A stretch of 64,000 bases of DNA from a virus. The notes below the pieces were generated by a model. That model saw nothing but the letters and a program-made list of their open reading frames with translations, searched no databases and was not told the DNA's origin. This document shows, one piece after another, positions 57,896-64,000 of this stretch (within the stretch, counting starts at the first letter, position 1; each line of letters starts with the position of its first letter). The translations under genes and the position numbers were made by a program. The DNA is taken from the IMG/VR virus record IMGVR_UViG_3300042890_005556. The stretch is one strand, 5' to 3'.

Positions 57896-58525
57896 ATGAA
57901 CGTCGACCCTCGTATTATTGCCGATATGATGACTGAAGATCCAGATCATTTCAACATTCTCAATGAGGATAGCTTCGTGAGGCTATACGATTTGGGTAGA
58001 AGTTTAGATTATGAACTTAGAGAGAAAGGCGTGGGAACCCCTGTTTATATGCTTGCTATACAGAAATACATGAACAGCCATCAGACTGAAATTGACGAGT
58101 TAGCTGGCCGCATAACTAATATAAATGATTTAAAAAAGTTTATCGATTCAGCTGCTACAAAGGGTAAAATTCCTAGCCTGATAGAGATTCAGGAAAGGCT
58201 TGCAGAAAGAGAAGCATACAATCGTGGACAGGGGCAGGCGACTCAAGCTCAGCAGCCCCAAGCTCAGCCCGGCAATTTTACCAAACGCAGCGCATTCATG
58301 GTAAGACTGGTGGTGCTGGCAAATCCTGGTGTTCAAATACCAGAAACAGCCGAAGGATATAATCAAATGGGTCGTAGCGCCGGATTCCTCAAATACACCA
58401 CCCAAAACTCCTCATGGGTCACCTTAATATCTAACAACCAATTCCAAGAAATGCTGAAAGACGTGCGCCAAGAATTACGGGAGCAAATTGTCACTGAACT
58501 AGCCCGCTACGTCTCAAGATCATAA
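57896..58525 (+). CDS. Hypothetical protein with class B leader on an unrelated body
   Basis: MNVDPRIIADMMTEDPDHFNILNE; GGAG RBS. Confidence 0.8.
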   Translation: MNVDPRIIADMMTEDPDHFNILNEDSFVRLYDLGRSLDYELREKGVGTPVYMLAIQKYMNSHQTEIDELAGRITNINDLKKFIDSAATKGKIPSLIEIQERLAEREAYNRGQGQATQAQQPQAQPGNFTKRSAFMVRLVVLANPGVQIPETAEGYNQMGRSAGFLKYTTQNSSWVTLISNNQFQEMLKDVRQELREQIVTELARYVSRS

Positions 58526-59095
58526 TCACAGAGATCTGGGACCGCCTGGTCTTGGTGGCATCGGTCTGGCCGGTGGTCTCACCGGAGACATATCACGCGG
58601 ATCAATGGGTCTAATAGGTGGGCTGGGCTGAACAGGCATTGGACCAGGGTCAACAGCCGGTGTGGTAGGCTTAGGCTGGTGTGGGCCGGGTCTACTAGGA
58701 GCCGGATACTTGCTACTCAGCCACTCCTTATTCTGCTGAATCCAAACGCCCATCTTATTAGAATAGACTTCCATATCCTTGTGATACTTAACAAGATCAA
58801 TATTATATTGCACCATAGCTAATTGATACGCTTCAAATGCCTTATCAGTGTTCTCTTTAATACCATATGCTAAAATAACATTGGCGTTACACCAAGTCTT
58901 AGCATCTGCTAAACTACTAAATGAGTTTCTAAGACTAAATGGCACTGGTCCGATGCTTGTAGTTAGCATCGCAATCCACTCTTGTGACGCAATTGTGCCA
59001 TCTGTAGGGACAATTGTTGCAGAAATTTCTTTATATTTCTGCTGCATTGAGCCATCTTGATTTACTATCCATGGTTCGAGTGGCAACATTTTCAC
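58526..59095 (-). CDS. Hypothetical protein with Pro-rich C-terminus
   Basis: Helical middle region, Pro/Arg-rich tail. Confidence 0.7.
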   Translation of the reverse strand: MKMLPLEPWIVNQDGSMQQKYKEISATIVPTDGTIASQEWIAMLTTSIGPVPFSLRNSFSSLADAKTWCNANVILAYGIKENTDKAFEAYQLAMVQYNIDLVKYHKDMEVYSNKMGVWIQQNKEWLSSKYPAPSRPGPHQPKPTTPAVDPGPMPVQPSPPIRPIDPRDMSPVRPPARPMPPRPGGPRSL

Positions 59096-59147
59096 AACCC
59101 TTTTGTAATAGTTTAGTAGAGCCAGTTATATCTACGATATATTTATA

Positions 59148-59783
59148 TCAAAAAATGTTGCCACGATTAAACTCGCTTCTCTCGCGCTTCATCTTCTTAT
59201 ACATCTTGAGCTTTTCCTCACGATCAGTTGTTCCATTTTTAATTATATGAAATATCTCAGCTTTGACCTTCTCATCATCTATCTTATTAATCACCTTTGC
59301 AGAAATGTAGAGATCATCAGTGTACGGGTAAAACGAGAACTCAGGATACTCACTGTTCAAACGATCCATAATTCTCTTATAAACCAACTCCATATCTTTA
59401 GTATAGCCAGAAAACATCACAAACGGAGCCTCAGTTCCCCTTGTCAGAAAGAAATCTATAACACACGACATGAGCTTACCATACACAAATCCAAAATTCC
59501 CGGCCCCGGTCTTATCAAAAGACCAGAACGGCGTACCGTCCTTAATGACCTGCAGATCTAATTTATAGGAGCTTGAGCTCTTATCGGCGGCCTTCACAAT
59601 TTGATCATAGTAGGGACAATAGGTATGAATACCGATTGCCTCAAACACGACATTGTATGAATATTGAGGAAATTTCGGGTCACTAAATGTATACGTCATG
59701 CCATCGCCGTTTGAGTTTGCTTCGACCCCATCCATACTTGACATTCTCGGATTTGCGACTTCTGATATGACCGATAACTTCAT
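59148..59783 (-). CDS. Paralog family member 6, class A leader
   Basis: MKLSVISEVANP; KTGAGNFGFVYGKLMSCVIDFF. Confidence 0.85.
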   Translation of the reverse strand: MKLSVISEVANPRMSSMDGVEANSNGDGMTYTFSDPKFPQYSYNVVFEAIGIHTYCPYYDQIVKAADKSSSSYKLDLQVIKDGTPFWSFDKTGAGNFGFVYGKLMSCVIDFFLTRGTEAPFVMFSGYTKDMELVYKRIMDRLNSEYPEFSFYPYTDDLYISAKVINKIDDEKVKAEIFHIIKNGTTDREEKLKMYKKMKRERSEFNRGNIF

Positions 59784-59808
59784 GGCTAGCTCCCCTTTAT
59801 GGTATATT

Positions 59809-60486
59809 TTAATAGATTTCGCCAAGATCCTGAGGGTTTCGAGCTCTCTTGAGTTCTTTTATTTTTTTAAGTTTATTAGCCTGTCTTAAGCCTTGAGTGT
59901 TATCAAGAGCCATCTTCCGATAAGCAACGTCTCTTATGTTATCGATAGCACTTAATGAGACATAGATATGGTTAAGATGATCGGGGAGTTGCTCAGGCTC
60001 ATAGGGACGCATAGCCATTGATGGGTACTCAGCATTAAGGCGATCCATTATCCTTTTATAAACCAGCTCCATATCTTTAGTATAGCCAGAAAACTGCATG
60101 AACAGCACTTTGGTGCCTCTCGTAACAAAGAAATCTACAGCACACGCCATTAACTTCCCGTATACAAAACCAAAGTTCCCTTTTCCTGTTTTATCGAATG
60201 GGCGGCTGTCTTCACTGGCGTCGGATACATCTTCTGATTTAAGGACCAACGTGTACGAAACTCTGTCTTTATTATACATTTTAAGGTGGATGTAGGCAGG
60301 GTCAGACCCTAGTCTATAATCCAGGAAATTATGTGATTTCATAAAGGAGACACTGTAGAGTGTATCTGGGAAGTTGGGATCTTTGAATTCATAGAGGACG
60401 CTGCCTGTGCCTTGTTCTGACACGTCAACTCCATCCATATTTGATAATTTAGGATTAGCTACTTCTGATATGACTGATAGTTTCAT
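59809..60486 (-). CDS. Paralog family member 7, class A leader
   Basis: MKLSVISEVANP; KTGKGNFGFVYGKLMACAVDFF. Confidence 0.85.
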   Translation of the reverse strand: MKLSVISEVANPKLSNMDGVDVSEQGTGSVLYEFKDPNFPDTLYSVSFMKSHNFLDYRLGSDPAYIHLKMYNKDRVSYTLVLKSEDVSDASEDSRPFDKTGKGNFGFVYGKLMACAVDFFVTRGTKVLFMQFSGYTKDMELVYKRIMDRLNAEYPSMAMRPYEPEQLPDHLNHIYVSLSAIDNIRDVAYRKMALDNTQGLRQANKLKKIKELKRARNPQDLGEIY

Positions 60487-60542
60487 TTTAGATCCCCTTA
60501 TGGTATTTTTTCCAGCTAGAAATACCTCCCGTACATAAGCTC

Positions 60543-61421
60543 ATGAGACACATATCAAACGATTACAACGACCTGATACACCCCGACGACTACCTACTAG
60601 ACACCGACCTGCTCGAAAAACTAATCAAAGCAAACGACCGAATAAACCTAACCCCAAAAACATCAGAAATAAAAATACTCGCCAAAGTCAGAACCCGCTC
60701 CAACCAAACCAGAGAATCACTCAACAGAATCCAAACAGCACTCACCCCCTGCCAATTCACAGACTGGCTAAAATATCGCAAAATAAACCAAACCCACAAC
60801 ATCCACAGCATCGACTTCACCAAACTAAAAATAACCGACCTATACGACTATTACATATGCCCAGACGACGTATATCTTGACCGCTACGGCGACAGACCAG
60901 TAATAGGACCAGTCTTCCCTGACTATAGAAACGGCAACCTCGCCGGAATCTGCATAAGAAACCTAAGCGATGAAAAAGAATACGCAGCTGACGTCAAATA
61001 CACCTTCAGCAACTTTGGCTGGTACCTCTACGGCTATGACGACTATAACTCGAACGACCCGATCCATATAGTCGAAGGAGTATTCGACGCCATAGCTCTA
61101 AGAGCATACGGTCACAACGCAATAGCAATAGGATGCAGCACCCCATCCCCCATGCAACTAGCCATGCTCCTACACAAATTCAAAAACCTAAGCATGTGCC
61201 TAGATAACGACCTAGCCGGACACATCGGAGCCCTAAGATGCAAACTCATGCTCAACATACCCATCTACACAATTGTCGGTTATAAAGACATAGCGCAATG
61301 CTGGGAAGCAGAACAACAACTCGAACTCGCCGAGCTAACCATATCTGACCTCAAAATACTCGTCTCAGAATACTCTAAACATGCCTATGACGATAACCGT
61401 GACCTCCGTTACAACATATGA
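60543..61421 (+). CDS. DnaG-like TOPRIM primase domain protein
   Basis: LYG, IVEGVFDAIAL and CLDNDLAG motifs. Confidence 0.8.
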   Translation: MRHISNDYNDLIHPDDYLLDTDLLEKLIKANDRINLTPKTSEIKILAKVRTRSNQTRESLNRIQTALTPCQFTDWLKYRKINQTHNIHSIDFTKLKITDLYDYYICPDDVYLDRYGDRPVIGPVFPDYRNGNLAGICIRNLSDEKEYAADVKYTFSNFGWYLYGYDDYNSNDPIHIVEGVFDAIALRAYGHNAIAIGCSTPSPMQLAMLLHKFKNLSMCLDNDLAGHIGALRCKLMLNIPIYTIVGYKDIAQCWEAEQQLELAELTISDLKILVSEYSKHAYDDNRDLRYNI

Positions 61422-61458
61422 GAAAATATAACTTATAACCTCTTCTGGAGAATCAGAA

Positions 61459-62268
61459 ATGTCTGTAGACGTACGTTTTATCGCCGAATTCATGACCGAA
61501 GACATCGATATTTTTAATGATACTGTCTTATTAGAAGACGCTGTCCCCGACATCACCCGCCGCGAATTTCTAAAAAAAGTAATGGGCTATACCACGGCTG
61601 TTGCAATACAAAACCCAGCGGCCTTACTACAGAAAATCGCCACAGGGCAAGCAACGGGCGCAGCAATGGTCGCAGTCCGCAAAACACTAGCCAACATGTC
61701 AAATGAAGAATTATCAGGAACCCCCGAAGAGTTATGGCTCCCATACATTTCAACTAGTAGACTGGCGCAGTTCAGATCTGAACACCCAGAACATTTCGAT
61801 CGCGAAGTACTCCACAAGTTCTATACCCTCTGTGAATACGTAAACAGTGGACGCGCCACAATTCCAGGCACAGCAGAAAGAATGATGAGCTTAATGAAAG
61901 CTCGCGCTAGCGCAAATCCAACAGCTATCTTAAACGGTGCGTTTTCAAATACTGGCATGTGGACAGATGGAAGCAACCCATTCTTATTTGGTGACACTGA
62001 TATGAACCACGTCATCAAAACAGCCAAAAGATACGGCATAAACCTAGACACTGATATAGTGAAGTCATTCTACGAGGATCTCGCCAAACAGGAAGCCGAG
62101 CGAAAAGCGGAAGAAGAAGCCGAACGGGAAGAAATGCGAACTGCCGACAAAGACCAATGGGCCGCAACAGTCCAAGGCGGAATCGACCCAGACGACGAAT
62201 ACGGCGCACAACGCTACAAAGACCGCCAATTCGAAAATAGAAACCGGTCTAAAAAAGTCATATTCTAA
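61459..62268 (+). CDS. Hypothetical protein with class B leader followed by a twin-arginine motif
   Basis: MSVDVRFIAEFMTEDIDIFND..LLE|DAVPDITRREFLK. Confidence 0.8.
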   Translation: MSVDVRFIAEFMTEDIDIFNDTVLLEDAVPDITRREFLKKVMGYTTAVAIQNPAALLQKIATGQATGAAMVAVRKTLANMSNEELSGTPEELWLPYISTSRLAQFRSEHPEHFDREVLHKFYTLCEYVNSGRATIPGTAERMMSLMKARASANPTAILNGAFSNTGMWTDGSNPFLFGDTDMNHVIKTAKRYGINLDTDIVKSFYEDLAKQEAERKAEEEAEREEMRTADKDQWAATVQGGIDPDDEYGAQRYKDRQFENRNRSKKVIF

Positions 62269-62277
62269 AAAACGCCT

Positions 62278-62475
62278 ATGCAATGCTCACGATGCAAAAA
62301 AGAAGTCGCCAAAGCCTTTGCGGTTGAATCAAAGGCTCTTTGCATCAATTGTTTGACAAATGAAGAGATGAACGAACTAGTCAAACGACTAGATGATTTT
62401 TGGAAGCAAAAATCTTGCCTACTTGAATCAATTAACCACCAAACACAACACGCATCTCAGGCGGCAACGCCTTAA
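62278..62475 (+). CDS. Small CxxC-CxxC zinc-finger protein
   Basis: CSRC...CINC. Confidence 0.5.
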   Translation: MQCSRCKKEVAKAFAVESKALCINCLTNEEMNELVKRLDDFWKQKSCLLESINHQTQHASQAATP

Positions 62476-62821
62476 TATTCACCAACCTAGCAGGGATCGA
62501 CTTCAACCCAGAATCAATAGCCTTATTCGCACGGTGATTGCCATCCAAAACATACCTAAACACACCATCATCATCAACCACAATAATAATAGGGTACCTC
62601 ACATCCGCAACACCCAACCTACCTGACTCAATACCACCACTAGACTTCCTAATAATAATCTCCTCCAACTTACCCACAGGAACATCAACAACAGGAAGAT
62701 CACCAATAACATCCAAAAGCTGAGCCAACGTCACACGCCTCCCATCATCCAACTCCCAAGCAGTCGAACCAAAATCCTCAACCAAAATCCTATAACCATC
62801 AGTAAAACAATGAACCCTCAT
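62432..62821 (-). CDS. ParB/Srx N-terminal-like domain protein
   Basis: AD..YPIIIV...VLDGNHR..KA motif. Confidence 0.75.
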   Translation of the reverse strand: MRVHCFTDGYRILVEDFGSTAWELDDGRRVTLAQLLDVIGDLPVVDVPVGKLEEIIIRKSSGGIESGRLGVADVRYPIIIVVDDDGVFRYVLDGNHRANKAIDSGLKSIPARLVNIKALPPEMRVVFGG

Positions 62822-62883
62822 ATCCCATACCCCCAAAAGTCACACAAGCTCAATATACAATAAATTTAACCACAAAGCGACAA

Positions 62884-63393
62884 TCAACCCCTACTAGAAA
62901 CCGGACTCCCATCAAAAACCAAAAACGGCGAATTCATAGACCACTCACCCTCACCCCAATTACCAGCACCATCCACATGCTGAAAATTAAACCGACGCTG
63001 CAAAAACTCAGCCAACTTACCATTCACCACCTCACACCCCATAAAAAGATCACCATCATAAGCACCCTTTAAAGAAAAATACTCACCAATAGCAGCCTTA
63101 ATTAACTTAGGACCAATCAAAAAACTCCTATACAACGGAGCCACAACAATATCAACACTAAAAACATGACCATAAGACTCATCATCAGAACTAGACACCT
63201 TACCCCAAACACACCCCACAGGCTTATCCCCCAAAAAAGCAACAAAAAGCAACTCAGAATCCCTACTAACATAAATCTCATCACTCGTAAAATCACCACA
63301 AGCCTTATACACTAACCCATCCTCATCATCATCAGAACTATAATAAACCACCCGAACATCACTAACAGACTCACATATAAAAGACAACCTCAT
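62884..63393 (-). CDS. GNAT acetyltransferase with class A leader
   Basis: MRLSFICE; VGCV, DIVVAP.YR...IG..LI and L..FL.R.F motifs. Confidence 0.75.
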   Translation of the reverse strand: MRLSFICESVSDVRVVYYSSDDDEDGLVYKACGDFTSDEIYVSRDSELLFVAFLGDKPVGCVWGKVSSSDDESYGHVFSVDIVVAPLYRSFLIGPKLIKAAIGEYFSLKGAYDGDLFMGCEVVNGKLAEFLQRRFNFQHVDGAGNWGEGEWSMNSPFLVFDGSPVSSRG

Positions 63394-63419
63394 ACCCCAC
63401 CCCCAATAGTCAACCAGTC

Positions 63420-64000
63420 AACACAAGCACATTATAAAATAAATTTCACCGTAAACGACAACCAAGACCACCCGAAAAACCCCGCACACGGAAAATACTG
63501 GCGAACAGCGGGACGGGGGACCCACCAATGAAAAACAATATACGTATGCCTCCCCCCGAAAAATAACCGACCAACGCGCACCCCGACCGCACCCGAACAC
63601 CGAACAACCTGAGCGTCCGCACACGGAAAAGTTTACGAAAGAAACAAACGGGGGACCCGCCTAAAAAACACAATATACGTATACCTCGCCCGAACGACCT
63701 AACCACCCGAACGGACGAACGGTTGAACAACCTTAACGGAGGAACGGACGAACGGACTAACAACCGAACAATATAACAATAATAACGGGGAAAAAGACGA
63801 TAAGAAATCCCGCACGCAGAAAATATTGGCGAACAGGGAAACAAATCTGAGGGGGCCGGAAGGGGGTATATACCCGCCCCGACCCATACTCATATACCCC
63901 CCTGTGGCATTATACCCCCCCTCCCTCAAATTGACGGGGCGGGCCGCGCCTGCCACAGGAGGACGGCGGGGGGGCCGGGCGCCGGGGGGCGCGGGCCGGG
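63420..64000. repeat. Non-coding repeat-rich, GC-rich region (possible replication origin or genome end)
   Basis: Direct repeats at 63481/63617/63809, 63513/63648 and 63709/63742; GGGGGTATAT/ATATACCCCC inverted repeat. Confidence 0.6.

Noticed and set aside
54400-60486. Diversity-generating retroelement behind the paralog variation
   Set aside because: No reverse transcriptase, and no near-identical template/variable repeat pair differing only at adenines was seen.
63418-63956. Minus-strand ORFs in the terminal region
   Set aside because: Low-complexity Arg/Gly/Val/Phe translations of skewed repeat DNA.

Overview
This 64 kb window is densely coding in the standard genetic code and reads as part of a large (jumbo-type, T4-superfamily-like) dsDNA phage genome. 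It carries a gp46/Rad50 ATPase, a gp55-like late sigma factor facing a second sigma70-like gene, ThyX, dUTPase, PhoH, CsrA, NucS, a TOPRIM primase, an actin-fold ATPase, a 4599-aa lectin-domain virion protein and about a dozen glycan-building or glycan-modifying enzymes. Two systems stand out. (1) A PurZ (2-aminoadenine/Z-base synthesis signature: GSTGKG and LNFxNY) sits in a non-canonical operon with a deoxynucleotide N-glycosidase-like gene, a degenerate DeoC-like barrel and a degenerate sugar-isomerase barrel, rather than beside datZ/mazZ. (2) At least 12 proteins, mostly at 49-63 kb, carry one of two interchangeable N-terminal leaders ending in (I/L)xE, the T4 prohead-protease motif. Their cargoes include a 7-member paralog family, an Ntn hydrolase whose catalytic Cys would be unmasked by the cut, and a protein with a hidden twin-arginine motif. 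There is also a candidate two-state structured RNA (49.44-49.57 kb) and an extremely strand-skewed, repeat-rich right end. All family calls come from motif recognition by eye; no database searches were run.
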